Below, in pieces: positions 11,401 to 23,625 of a DNA stretch of 64,000 nucleotides (position 1 is its first letter; every line of letters begins with the position of its first letter). Position numbers and translations under genes: made by a program. The notes beneath the pieces were generated by a model. That model was given only the letters and a program-made list of their open reading frames with translations, did no database searches and was not told the DNA's origin. Source of the stretch: Lama glama (Eukaryota); contig CM052816.1 of assembly GCA_028534125.1 (NCBI GenBank), positions 5,024,001 to 5,088,000 of the forward strand, written 5' to 3'.

Positions 11401-14400
11401 TAAACCCGGTTGTTTTATTCAAGCATCACCCAAACCATATCCTGGCTTTTTTCCCAGAGGAGACAGTCATCTTTTACATCTTTTAACAACTGGCCTGGGT
11501 ACCTAAGTGAGTCACCTCAGCTCTGGGAATTCTGCTCAGCCCAGAACTCTTGAAAAGCAGAGTGGCTGAAAAATAGTGCCCTTGACCCAAGCTTTCTGAA
11601 CAGTCCCTTCCTGAAGCAGGGCTGCTGGCCTGGGTCACAGTTCCCCTCACTTAGGACAAAGCTGCCAGCCAGCCAGGGAGCTTCCTCCTGAACCAGCTTA
11701 AGCCGAAGGGTCAAAGCCAGTGCTTAGCCCTTGAGAACTTCTCACCTGCCGATCACGGCAGTCTCCTTACCAGGCACCAATGACTAAACGCTTACAACCT
11801 CAAGGCCAAGTACTGTAATAACCTTCATCGTTCAGATCGGGAAATGGAGGCCATGAGATGACATGGGTTAGAAACATGATTTCCCCTCAAGCTTTCTGAC
11901 TCCAGGGCTTCTGCTCTGAACCACCAGGCCACAACCAGCTCTCAAGACAATCACCTAACATGGGAACACTTCACAGGCTACAAGGAAGGGAGGGCCACAC
12001 AGGGAAGGTCTCACTGCATTTTGTAGACGCCGAGGTTCAGAAAGGTACAGTGACGTGTTTAAAGTCAGACTGTTGCTAGGAAACAAAGTCAGGGCTCGTC
12101 TCATCTGACTCCAGGTCCAGTGCTCCTGCACTGTGTGCTCCCTCAGCTGGTTACACAAGTAAGAAGGGACCCCCGGAGGCCATTTAGTCTTTGACCCATT
12201 CCAGGAAGGCCTGACGCCTGACCTGAGACATCAGAAGCAGATCCTCAAGTGGGGCCGGTATGCTGCGGCATTCCTACGATCCGCCACTGCTCTGTTCAGT
12301 CTCCCACTCTCCTGGAAAGGAGAGCTAGTTCACTCCTCCTCCCTCCTCACATCCCCAACCCCTCCTGCCTTCCCCTCCTCCCAGAGGACCGCCTTACCTC
12401 CTACTTCACTAAGGAAATGGAAGCAGACAGAGGAGACGCCCACAGCTGCGCACACAGCAGCCTGTGGGCAGCACCTGCATACACATGCTCTGCCTGCCCA
12501 CCTGGTCTAACAGGTGGCCTCTGCCAGCTCCCATCCACAGCCTGCTCCGCCACTCTCTACGCTACACCCATCACCTCTTGTTCACGCCAGGAAATTGCTC
12601 CAGCAATTCTTCCTTCTCTTTCTTGTATCCTTTTCTTTGGACTCTTCTGGATTATTCCTCTCGGGCTTATTACCAACATGCTATAATTTTCCCCATCTTA
12701 AAACCACACCAAAAAGAACCCCTTGCCTCCATCCCCCATATTCACTACTGCTCATATTTTGGCTCCGCTTGGCAGCAGAGCTCTTTCGAAGAGTTGTGAA
12801 TACAGTTTCCAGTTACTCTCTGTCCACTCTTTTTCCTAAAATTTTGTGATGACGAAAACCTGTAAAGATATATTAAAAAGTTGAAAATTGGGACACTGAT
12901 AACCCATTTACATATCACCTAGATTCACCAATCTGAAACATTTTATAATATTTGTTTTCTCTATATATAAAAATATAAATATCTATGCATCTGTAATTTT
13001 TTCTTAATCATTTAAAACTAATTTCCAGACATCATAAAACTTCATCTAAATCCTTCAGCCTGCATCTCCTCAAATAATCACAAAACCATCGTCTCGCCTC
13101 CTCCACAGACCTCCTCCAGTCAGGCCTGCACCTCCACTGCTCCACCAGAATTGTTCTGGGCAAGGTCACCAGGGATCTGGTTGCCAGCTTGTCTCATTAC
13201 ACCTACCAGGAGTGTTTTCACAGGTGCTCAACCCCAACCCTTGTTAAAGCTTCTTACACTGACTTCCAAGGCCCCAGTCTCTCCTCCCACCTGACTGTTC
13301 ACTCCTTCAAAGTCTCCTTTCAGGTTCCTCCTCAACCTCCTCCGTCCTCTTCTCTGTCCTCATCCCTTCATTTACTTCTTCAAGTGTCATGACTTTAAAT
13401 ACCACCTAAATGCCCACAGCTCTAGCGCAGAACTCCTTCCTGAATCCCAGGCTCAAATATCCAGGTGCCTCTTTGATGGATGCCCAGTGGACATCTCCCA
13501 TCCAATGTGTCCCGAGGAGAATTTCTGTCCTCCCACCTGCCAAAGCCTTTGCTACCCACAGCTTCCCCAGTCAGAGCTGGGGAGCCACTCGGGCCAAAAG
13601 CCTTGGAGTCGCCCTTGACTGCTCTCTTTCCCTCATACTCCACATCCAATCCATCAGGAAACCGATTTCCAAAAGAGAGCCAGAATCAATCATGTCTTAC
13701 TACCTCCATTGCTACCTCCCTGGTCTGAGACATCCTCTCTTGTCTGTATTTTTGCAATTCTCCTTGGTCTCCTTGTTTCTATTCTTGTTTCCCTACGGTC
13801 TACTCTCAACACAGCAGCCAAGATAATCCTGTAAGATCTTGTCACTTCTCTGCTCACAACGTTGGAATGACCCCCATTTCCCTTGGAGTAAAAGCCAAGG
13901 TCCTCAAAGTGGCCTGCAGGCCCCTTTATGCACTGGCTCCTCCCCACCTCTTTGATCTCACCTTCTACTTCTCCACCCTCACACCTCACTCCTCTCCAGC
14001 CATGTATGCCAGAAATGTGCCTGTCTTAGAGCATTTTCCACCAGCTCTTCCCTTCCCTAAAAAGTCTTCCCCCAGATCTCCGTTTCCCTTACCTTCTGCA
14101 TCTATTTGTTCATATCTCACCATCTCAATGAAGCCTACCCTGCCCATTCTACTGAGTAGAAACTCAGTGAGGGCAGCAATCTTTGGTTCATTGCTCCCTT
14201 GCTGGTACATAGAACACTGCCTAAAACGTAGAGGGCACTTAGTAAATATATCCCCTGGATGAATGAATTAATAAACACGTGGGACATCTTCCTCTCAGTC
14301 CCGGTTTCCAGAAGAGGTGCGTGGTTTCCTTTACAGGTGCCCTCAAACCAGGCTGGCCAGACCTGGCTTCACTATGGGATGGAACTGAAGGCTTAGAGAG

Positions 14401-17400
14401 TGAATTCTGGTCACTCAGTACATGCAGTGCCTGGAGAAGCTGGAGGAAGAGGAAGGCCTGAAGTCTGAGGATCACTCTAAACCTGGCCTCACCCTAGGGG
14501 CAGCAACCCTCCACCTTGCAGAATTTCGTAGGAATAAATCCCTTTTGACAATCCCAAACCAGTTCACCAGGACCCAAGAAGTGACCTATGGTCACAGGGC
14601 TATGTATTCCCAGGAGTTCCGGTGCTCTGACAAAGGGCTCAGGGGGTTTCTGGTTCCTGTGGAAATGCTGGCTATAGTACTGAGGCTGAATGGGGTATGA
14701 GCATGTGAGGCCAGCTCCCCACAGTGACCTTGAGGAGAATGTCCAGGCAGGCCCCCATCCTGACAGCTCCACCCTTGAGAACCAGAAAGACCTGGTCACA
14801 GGAAGTTGGTCAAGAGGCCAGATAGGAGCTCCCTGGCTCACATCCTTCTTTGTTCTGGGCCTGGTCCAGTGCGATTGGACAACAGGAGGAGGCAAATAAC
14901 CTTGACCTCTGCACCTGATGGTGCTCAAGGCTCTCTGGATGAGGAGGGTCTAAAAGGCTGACTGAGGAATCCAAGAACCCAAGAGGCTCCCCAAGATGCC
15001 TGTCGGGAATACATGAGGTCAGGCCTGGCCAGAGAAGTGGGGAGGACAGTGGTAGAAGCTGCAGAAGCCTGAAGAAGGCTGACTCAGGCCGAGACTAAGG
15101 CTGCGGGAGGGGAGTTGCCAAAGGCAGGGCATTGCCAGATGGTTCCTCCCCTGGGCTGAGCAGCAGTCAGGGGCTGCTGGCCACGGCCAGACATCACTCC
15201 TAGCATCCACCCAAGTGAGGACCTCCCGAAAGTGGGTCACAGAGGAGCCTAGTTCCTAGAAGGGAAGGACCTGCTTCTCACACTCTCGTGCATCTCTGTT
15301 CTTCATTCCATCCCTTGGGCAGGTGGACCCCGAGAAACTACGCCGGGCTGTCCGCACAGTTCTCGTCAACCAGTTCGTGATCTCCTTACCCATAACAGCC
15401 TTCCTCTATCCCATCCTCAAGTTACGGGGAGACCCCTGCCGCCGAGAGCTACCCACCTTCCACTGGTTCCTCCTGGAGCTGGCAGTCTTCACGCTGATTG
15501 AGGAAGTCCTGTTCTACTACTCACACCGGTGAGTGAGTTGCTGCCTGAGCACAGCTGGCTCCTCGCTCTCACGGGTTCATTCATCAAGGAGAGAGGAGAC
15601 CTCCAAGTGTAGGGGCAGGACCAACAGCACCAGGCCTCAAAAGCCTCCCGTTACCTAGTTAACACGGAAATAACTATTTCTTCCTCAGCTGACAACTTGG
15701 GACCGCTGATGGGTGTCCAGAATCTCCATCCATGTGTGCAGCAGGGCAGTTTCCCATTCATTTCCTCATTGAATCCTTTCTGACCATTATCCCCAATTTG
15801 CAGCTCATACAACTGAGGTAGAGAGAGGCGTCACCCACCTCAAATTATGCACCATAAGAACTCAAAGGCAGATCTGTCTGAGTGCCAATCCACTGTGATT
15901 TCAACTTTGCCCTGTGGATGTAACCTCTCCTTCCTGCCTTTGGTTTCTCATGGTCTGGTTGGGGAGGGAAATGGGGGGCTGGAAGATTATTAACTGTTAC
16001 CTATTTTCCCAGGCTCCTTCACCACCCAACACTCTACAAGAATATCCACAAGAAACATCACGAGTGGACAGCTCCCATTGGCATCACCTCTCTCTATGCT
16101 CACCCTATCGAGCATGTGGTGAGTAGACATTTGCTCCCCCCAGAGGAAAGAGCAGAGGCCCCAGCCCCCTTCCCTAAGCTTCCTGCACAGAATTAGACTA
16201 CACCGGCTCTTTCTTCCTACAGCCACTGTTTCTTGTGGACCTGGCATATGCCCAACATAAGTTATATCGCTTAATCCTCCCAACAACCCTTTAAATCCTC
16301 ATTTTGCTAATGAGGAAGTTGATGCTCAAACAGTTCATAACTTGTCCCAACTTACAAAGCTGAGGGACTCCAGCAAATCAAGCTCCAGAAACTCATCCAG
16401 CTTCCCCAGATCTAAGTCAAAAAAGTTTACCTGGTACCACCCCACAGTGAAGTAGACACCAGCCTGGGTCCCCTCCGTCTTCTGGGCTCCACCTTCAAAC
16501 AGCCTTCTCCTTGCAGGTCTCCAACATGCTGCCGGCGATGGTGGGTCCAGTAGTGATGGGTTCCCACTTGTCCTCCATCACCATCTGGTTTTCCTTGGCC
16601 CTGACCATCACTACCATCTCCCACTGTGGCTACCACCTACCCTTCCTGCCTTCACCTGAATTCCATGACTACCACCATCTCAAGTAAGGCACCCCTTGCC
16701 AGTGTGGGTCCCTGGGCAGCAACCTCCACCTTCACTCTTGGAAATTCCCATAGCAGACACTGGTGTCTCCGTTTAAACATGGGTCTAGTGGAGGGAGAGG
16801 TCTGGAACGACCACACTGGAACCCAGACGACCTTTCCCTTTTCTTTCTTTCTGACACTGGATTTTCCTGCAACTATGAGTTTTTACCTGTATTTAGGGCC
16901 TTGAGCCTTTGAGTATCTCGTGTAAGCTATGGACACTGCCAGAAAAAGTGCACACATGCACAAATTCTTGTGTGCACTCCAAGGGGAGCTGTGTGCTCTC
17001 TGGAAGCCTACAGTTTTTGTCGTGAGGTTTAGGAACCTCCGGCCCCAGAATCACCTGAGACATTTTTTTCGGATGCAGGCTCTTGGGTTCCACTTTGAAT
17101 TGAAGCAGCAGGGGCAGCAGGGCCTGGGAAGTGCATTTTTTGAAGTGCACCAGGGGATTGTGATGGAGGTGACCCAAAAACCTACCTGAGCAAAAGATGG
17201 GCTCGGCCACAGGTCCTGACTTATGTGCCTCAAAATCACAGAAGAGAGCTGTTCAAAGGAAGACTGTAGATTCTGCATCCTGGAGCGGCCCCAGGAGCGT
17301 GTGCACAATGCCCAGGTTACTCTGAAGCACGTGGTCAACATGGTGGGGACGGGTAGGGGGTAGGAGGGCTGAGAAATGGGTGTGAGGCTGGTACAGATGG

Positions 17401-17600
17401 ACGGAGATCAGCAAGCTGGTCTCCAGCACTCTCCTCTCTCCTCCAGGTTCAACCAGTGCTACGGGGTGCTGGGGGTGCTGGACCAGCTCCACGGGACTGA
17501 TGCCGTGTTTAAGCAGACCAGGGCCTACGAGAGACACACGATCTTGCTGGGCTTCACCCCACTCTCACAGAGCATTCCTGACTCCCCAAAGACAGAGTAA
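5373..17600 (+). CDS. FAXDC2: FAXDC2 complete spliced CDS, join(5373-5420,7386-7477,7609-7712,10540-10661,15323-15528,16013-16118,16517-16683,17447-17600); 332 aa fatty acid hydroxylase domain-containing protein 2
   Basis: Eight exons sum to 999 nt, all introns are GT-AG and phases are consistent. Protein runs MKGEAGSMLHSEKPKQ...SIPDSPKTE* with His boxes HRLLH, HKKHH, HCGYH and HDYHH. It matches recalled mammalian FAXDC2, and its position tail-to-tail with LARP1 matches known synteny. Confidence 0.96.
6905..7050. mobile_element. MER5-like hAT-Charlie MITE remnant
   Basis: ctggggagctttaaaaaata...cccaggtcccaccccagac...ggtgattccaatgtg resembles the recalled MER5 consensus. Confidence 0.6.
7386..7477 (+). 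CDS. FAXDC2: FAXDC2 coding exon 2 ([31 protein letters not shown])
   Basis: cctcccccAG acceptor; TG|GTGAGT donor; 92 nt. Confidence 0.94.
7609..7712 (+). CDS. FAXDC2: FAXDC2 coding exon 3 (HIQRFWGASGCFWQAQWERLLSTCEGQEWILYIL)
   Basis: ttttcttccaAG acceptor; CG|GTGAGA donor; 104 nt; lies within ORF 7592..7903. Confidence 0.94.
9756..9885 (+). mobile_element. MER81-like hAT-Blackjack MITE
   Basis: Inverted ends ggaatggccatat...atgtggccatcct; internal gactgtcccgggcaaa-like motif. Confidence 0.65.
10540..10661 (+). CDS. FAXDC2: FAXDC2 coding exon 4 (GAIQVPFLVYWSFSGLFLVVDTTGKPNFISRYRIQVGKNEP)
   Basis: caaccttAG acceptor; CCT|GTAAGT donor; 122 nt. Confidence 0.95.
12015..12130 (-). mobile_element. 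MIR SINE fragment containing a miR-378h-like sequence
   Basis: MIR-like cattttgtagac..gaggttcaga..tctgactccag..gtgctc; minus strand ACTGGACCTGGAGTCAGATGA at 12101-12121. Confidence 0.65.
12300..14275 (+). mobile_element. L2 LINE remnant, interrupted by an AT-rich old L1-like fragment at ~12830-13090
   Basis: Pyrimidine-rich L2-type sequence (ccttggagtcgcccttgactgctctctttccctcata, cacagcagccaag) ending in gaatgaat. Confidence 0.75.
15323..15528 (+). CDS. FAXDC2: FAXDC2 coding exon 5 (VDPEKLRR...EEVLFYYSHR)
   Basis: gggcAG acceptor; CG|GTGAGT donor; 206 nt; matches ORF 15323..15532. Confidence 0.95.
16013..16118 (+). CDS. FAXDC2: FAXDC2 coding exon 6 (LLHHPTLYKNIHKKHHEWTAPIGITSLYAHPIEHV)
   Basis: attttcccAG acceptor; GTG|GTGAGT donor; 106 nt; HxxHH box. 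Confidence 0.95.
16517..16683 (+). CDS. FAXDC2: FAXDC2 coding exon 7 (VSNMLPAMVGP...SHCGYHLPFLPSPEFHDYHHLK)
   Basis: ctccttgcAG acceptor; AA|GTAAGG donor; 167 nt; HDYHH box. Confidence 0.95.
17447..17600 (+). CDS. FAXDC2: FAXDC2 last coding exon (FNQCYGVLGVLDQLHGTD...PDSPKTE*)
   Basis: ctcctccAG acceptor; TAA stop at 17598-17600. Confidence 0.95.
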
Positions 17601-18451
17601 GAAGCGGCCCGAGGGCCATCCTGGCTGCCCCTCAGCAGAGGACGGCTAAGGTGGCCTGAGCCCTTCTGGTCACACCTAACAACTTGCTCCTTCAGCCACA
17701 CGCTGTAACGGCGACCCCTGAAGGGCAGGGGGGAGGTCAGTCCTGGAAAAGCAGGGCCAACGATGGAGCCAGGGCTCCACCAACTGCCCCTGTTATTCCT
17801 CAAGGGGATGGGAGAGTAGATTAAGGAAAGAAAAAAAAAAAAGTTCCCCCAAAGGGAGGCCAGTCACAGGGAAGAAACCACTTTGATTGGGTTCTGGGTA
17901 AGTCCTCCTGGTCCTCTGTTGTGGAAAGGGAGAGGGACCCCAGATGACACCTTTGTGGCCTAGACAAGACACAGAGTGACAAGGGTGGCAGCAAGACAGG
18001 AAGCTGCGTGGCTCCAGAGAGCTCTTCCTGGTGCTGGGGTAACCTAAGACGCTGCTTTGCCCCTTCCTGTCCCCAAAAGCCTCTCAGTCTGTTCAGGCCA
18101 GGGCCTGGACACCCCAGCAGCAGTTCTGCAGTCAAGTCCCCACTGTCCCCCAGCACACACACACACGTAGTAAGTATATCAAAAGCCCCACTTCAAATGG
18201 ACATCATCCCTCTGAGAAGAAAGATACCAATCCCAGGAGTCCCTCCCGGGGTTACACCGGAGATACCAAAGAGGCGCAGTCCAGAGCCCAGTACCTTCAG
18301 CTACACACGGAAACCAGAGGCCGAAGCCCGCGGCCCTGCTAAGCTGGGTCCCCTTTACCCAGAGTTGCTGACCCTTGGGGACATCCAACTGAGGCCCCTT
18401 ATTAGTCTCTGAAGGACCAAAAGGGCTAGAACCCTCTTCCTCCATGAAGTC

Positions 18452-18457
18452 AATAAA
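18452..18457 (+). terminator. Candidate FAXDC2 polyadenylation signal AATAAA (others: AATAAA 18960-18965, AGTAAA 19238-19243)
   Basis: Hexamers lie downstream of the FAXDC2 stop; which one is used cannot be determined from sequence. Confidence 0.4.
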
Positions 18458-20188
18458 TACATGGCTGAATGAAGGGCAAAATCCTCATTTCCCGCAAATG
18501 ATGAAACCATTGTTTCAGCACCATTTTTATAGGATGCATTTAGCAATGATGCCTTTTCAGATGAAACCTCACCATCTACAACAAAACCAGAGCTGCCTAG
18601 GTTGAAGCAGTCCCGACCCTGGGTTCCCAAGAACAATTTGAAGACCACTCTGACCGGAAAGACCACTATTATCAGTTCCTAAAACCTGATGCATTTCTGA
18701 ACTTTCAGATCGCCTCCATCCAGAAAACCACCCACTGTAGTTTCATAAAATACTTTAACATCTGATAGGGCTGAGTCTCCAGGCAGATCTGACAAAAAGG
18801 ACCTCTCCCTACCCAGTAGGCCAACCCGGCGGGTACCAGGTCACGCTCTCCTCCGCCCCTTCCCGGGACAGCACGGGTCCTTAGCTTCAGTACAGCTCCT
18901 GGCCCATCAGTGCTGTAAGTGCCCACAGCTGAGGCCTGCACCCACAACCTGTTCCTACAAATAAACAATTGGAAAACAGCCCATCTTCAGTGAATGGAGC
19001 AAGGGTGGGCTACGTGGAGTGTGGACAAAGAGGCGGAATGGATACATTTCTCCCTTTAAGGACTTTAGACCTGGAGGTGCCGTCAGGGCACAGAGGGATG
19101 AGGGGCGGTGTTCTCTTACCCTTTTTCTTGGGCAGGTGGTTGGGCCTGGCCCTGAAGTTGTTTCCAAATGGGCTCAAGCAAAGGCTGAGATCTCAACACT
19201 CTCAGCAGGAAATGTGAATGTGCAAGAAGGCATAATAAGTAAACTGATCTCCTTTTAATTCCAACGGTGACTCCAGTTTTTCTCTCCACTCCGACGCTCG
19301 TTCTGGCACTCACACCACAGGGTGTCCAGGAGCCACCACAATGTGGTCAAACACTGGACCTCTCTCCTTGGGTCCCTAACAGGCTGGGGAAGTGAGGTTG
19401 AGCTCACTGTCTTCCCCTTCTAGACTTTCCTCTGGCCCCTGGTGGCCACTGGTAGTGTGAAAGTTCCTGCTCACCTGATACAAGGTGGAATCATCCGGCA
19501 AACTCTGGATGCTCAACTACCAAGGCTGGGGGACAGCTGTCAGTTGAATGAAGAAATAAGGCTCACTTTTAAGTTTACAATGACACACCTGGACCATTCT
19601 AGCATTCAGAATGTTACCACTGCCAACGCCTGGCCTCACAGGCTGAGAAAAAGCCACCAATGGGCCAGGGGCCAGTCACGGTGGGGGTGCTCATTGTGAA
19701 GGATCCCAGGGCTCCGTGGCCAACCTGGATTCCATTAAGGCTGGAGCGTCTGTCACTCATTCACACCCTGCAGGGAAATGTGTTTGAGGAGGTATCACAA
19801 CAACTTCTTTCTTCCTGGCTGTTTCCAGACAATGCCAGGGCACAGAGTCCTGGAATTCTGTCTGCTGGACTGGTGCCTATTATGCGGCACTGCCCACAGC
19901 TCCCACGTCTCGCTGGAGAGAAGGCGGCATGGATTCAAGGCTGGCAAACTCTCAAGACCACAGAGGAACTTGCCTGGAACCATCAGCAGCCTTAGAAGCT
20001 GGGCAGGATCTCCAGCCTCAGATGGACTCCCCAACAGCCAGTGCCAGAGCCTCGTAAAGGTTTCACCAGCCCATCCCGAGTGCATGTTCCTCTGGATCTG
20101 GTGTCGGAACCCTAACCAGGTTCCATCCCTCACTCCCAAAAGCCGTACCCAAGATGGGAGACCAGCCAGCCTGTTGCCTTTTCAAGTT

Positions 20189-20194
20189 TTTATT
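20189..20194 (-). terminator. LARP1 polyadenylation signal AATAAA
   Basis: TTTATT on + strand, preceded in mRNA sense by a UGUA-containing AU-rich stretch. Confidence 0.75.
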
Positions 20195-23100
20195 TTTATA
20201 CATTTTTTTGTATTAAAAAGAAAAGCATAATTACCACAAATTACAAAGGACTAAAGCAGGACTAGAATAATGAATGAATCACTTCAGCCTGGAAAGCAGA
20301 TACTCAATAATATTAATGTTATAATACAAGCTCATTCAAGTATTTTACAGTTTTTTTTTTGTCCTTTTAAAATGTGATATCCTAGCACATGGTAAAGATA
20401 ACGTATTATGAGCATAAGGTGGAACCTTCTCCGCAAAGCCAGATGACAGGTTTTCCTCTCCAGTCAGAAACGGGCTGTACCTTCTGATCTTCTCTGCCTC
20501 TGCCAGTAACATGGCTGAAGGCGGGGGGGGGTGGGGTGGGGGGGGAGGGGGCGTTGGGGCAAGTCCAGGGAGCCTTCTACACAGGAGATACTCTGGGGTC
20601 CCACTCAGGACGGCACCAGACGATTCCGACCGCTCCACCAAAGGCTTTTGGCAAAAGCCCGCCCCACCCTCCCTAGCTACTTGACTTCCCTGCCCTGCCT
20701 CCGCACTTCCAGGGCGTCCAGGGCTTCTTGAGCAGCTTTCTTTTATAAAATCAATCTTCAGGAAAGGGAAAAAAGAGCTACAACAGAACAAAACAAAAAC
20801 GTAACAACTTTGACGAGGGGGCTCTGCACCTCGATCTGAGCCGGGGGGTCCAGGCTGGGCAGCCCCTCCCCACTGGTAGTGCATCTGCTCCCAGGTTCAG
20901 GAGCGTGCGACAGTAACGTGCCCCTTAGCAGGGCTGGGGTATGCAGACCTTCTGATGTCTGATGCCCAAAGGTTCTGCTTGCATGGACCAATCTTGGAAG
21001 GACAGACAATGAACAGAATGATTTGGGCAGGCTCTTGCTTTATGTCAGATCTTGGATCCCCATGGAAGATGGTAGGTGTGAAGTGGCATGCCCTGATGGC
21101 CCTGGCCACTCCTGGCATGCTTGTCACAGATACATCGGTCCTAAGTTCAAGTGTCTTCAGAAAGTGAAGATGTAAACTACTCTTTGCAACATTTAACTCC
21201 TAACATGTTACCAAAAAAAAAAAAAAAAAAAAAAAAGAAATAAAGAAAAAGAAAAAGAAAAAAAGCCCTCTCCCCCCACACCCTCAGCCCATGTTGAGTT
21301 GAAGTTCTCACCTCCCCTACAAAGGGGCTTCCTCTTCGGGGGTGTCTGTGGGATCAGGGAGAGGATGGCAGCCCCTTTGGCCTGGGAGTAAATGCTAGGT
21401 AAGAACAGCCTTTCCCTGCACCCCCAAGGACTCCTTGTGCCCCCAAACCCAGCAGAGGACAAACACTGAGGTTTCTGTGGTGCTGGATACAGTACAGGGC
21501 TGAGCGACCCAAAGGAAAGGAAGGGGGAATAAAGGAAAGAGGGACGCAGGAGTCCAGTGTCTGGCACGTGGTGGGGCAGACACCAGACTGGGCAGGGAAA
21601 GGCCTCAGACCCCACTGTCAGAGCAGAGACCAGACACTCTTTCTTGGCTTTTGAGACAACTGGCTCATAGGAACTGAGGTGGGCTTGCCCATGCTAAACA
21701 GTGGAAGGGCAGAAAAGGGGGCACAGGCCAAAGCAATGAGGTGCCCCAGAGGGCAAGCCCTTGCCAGCCTGAGATACAGTCTCTTACTCCCAACTTTTGG
21801 GCCCAAAAGAGGAAGCAGTTGAAAAGAGGGCCAAAAAGTGTCAGTGCGTGATCAACACCACCATGGGTGACCGTGTTGTCTGTCACGCCCACACCTGGCA
21901 CCCAGCCCAGTCCGTGAGGTTCAGTCCTCAGTCACCCTCCCTAGCTTCAGATTTCAGAAGACTCCAGCCATTCCGTTGTCATCATAGCCCAACCCAAGCA
22001 GTCAGCGGCCGGAGAAGAGAAGTCAGGTATACTCTATGTCCACATATACCTTTCTGGAACCAGCAGGATTCCCCCCACCCCCAAAGCCGCCTTGCCTCCC
22101 GTTCCCCGGTAGGATCAACTGGAGGGTGGGCAGAGACAGCTTGCAGAGGACGGATGCAAGATGGGGACACCCTCCCGACCTGGGGGAGAATGGCATCTTT
22201 CTCCACCTTTGTGAGACAAAGCCTCCTTGAGGTCTCAGAGAAGAACTGTTTCCAAGCCTCAGCTGCCCAGTGTCCACCTTTCCCCTCTGAGGTGGGGGAG
22301 ACGGTCAAGCTGAGGACAAGTGTGTCCCAGATCCAGGCCAATACTGTCCTTCAACAGTTTGAAGCAAACCTGGCCTTGGGGTTCCAAGGGTAGGATGAAG
22401 GGTGTCACGGCAGGATGGGGCCTGGCGTGAGGCAACAGCAAGCAGAGCGAGGACATGACAGTGGCAGCAGTGTACAGACACAGGACGTCAGCTTCAAATG
22501 ATGCAACAGAAGGGACATTTCGAGCACGGCTCTGATCTGAGCCGCCCCCAACTCTCTTGCCTACAGGCAGGAGGCACTGTACATGCAACTCGGTCCAGAG
22601 AAAGATTCTAGCCAATCCAGCCCAGGCACATCCAGAGAAGGTGGGAGCTCTTCCAGGTGACTCCACCGAGGAAAACAGGCATTTGATTATTTCAGATTCC
22701 CGCTCCACAATAAGGCAACTTTTAAAAAAATATTTTTTCCAAGAACAAAACAAAAAAAAAAGAAATTCCAAGAGTAGGGGAAAGACATCACTTTCTGTGG
22801 ATTAGGTGGGGGTTTTCTGATGGTTTTTTTTTTTTTTTGGTCTTTTATGGTCGATTTTGTCTTTTTTTTTTCTTCCATTTTCCAAGGATGGAAAGGTCAG
22901 AGAAAAATAAAATAAATCATCTTTCAATAGTCTTTTCTGGTATGAGCAGCGTCTCTCTGGGCTGGGGAGTAAAGGGTATGGGGAGAGGGGAGTGGAGAGA
23001 GGCTGAAGCCCTCCCCACCCCCACTTTTAGATCCTTTGGTTTCCTTCTCCCAAAAGATGGCAGAAGGCTGTGGTGGGGACAGCAGGGAGAGAACACGGTG

Positions 23101-23315
23101 ATGGCAGGCCCCAGATGACCCAGGGACGCTGCCAGAGCCTTGCGTGGGGCAGTGCTGGGCAATGGGGCCCACAGGACCTTCTTGTGGGCTGCATAGTTGG
23201 CTTGAGGGGGAGCAGGAGGAGGCTGTGGTGGGGACCAGGGTTGCGGCCTACCAGCCGTGGGCAGGGCTAGAGTGATTTTGGTAATCCAGACGAACTATCA
23301 ATAATTTAAAACTTG

Positions 23316-23321
23316 ATATAT

Positions 23322-23355
<34 letters not shown>

Positions 23356-23369
23356 ATAAAAAAAAAAAA
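23316..23369. repeat. (TA)n microsatellite plus A-run in LARP1 3'UTR
   Basis: Read directly. Confidence 0.9.
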
Positions 23370-23625
23370 CCTTCCTCCTTAGCCTCCCCCCCTTTAGAAG
23401 AAGCTAGGACATGAAGAAGAGTCATGGGGACAGAAGGGGGAGGAGGTGTGTGGAGGCTCCTGCCCAGGGATACCTCTCAAAGCCGAAATGGTATACACAC
23501 TGCTACTCAGCACAAAGGCCCATCCCAATGACTTGAGGCCTGTCCCTTCTCTGTCCCCTCTCCTGGGACTGGGCACCCCCATGGACTCTCGCCTACCCCC
23601 CAAAACCCCAGGGCTAAGGAGCTTT

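Larger units (their letters stand above)
20170..23625 (-). other. LARP1: LARP1 3'UTR (~3.45 kb; lower boundary approximate)
   Basis: Runs from the stop codon to a minus-strand AATAAA at 20189-20194; no interspersed repeats recognised; contains U-rich and AU-rich tracts. Confidence 0.75.

Noticed and set aside
17479..17500. FAXDC2 DQLHG versus recalled human DHLHG as loss of a catalytic histidine
   Set aside because: The position is outside the canonical His boxes, which are all intact.
21797..22393. 198-aa + strand ORF
   Set aside because: Antisense to the LARP1 3'UTR, non-ATG start, no recognisable domain; chance ORF in GC-rich sequence.
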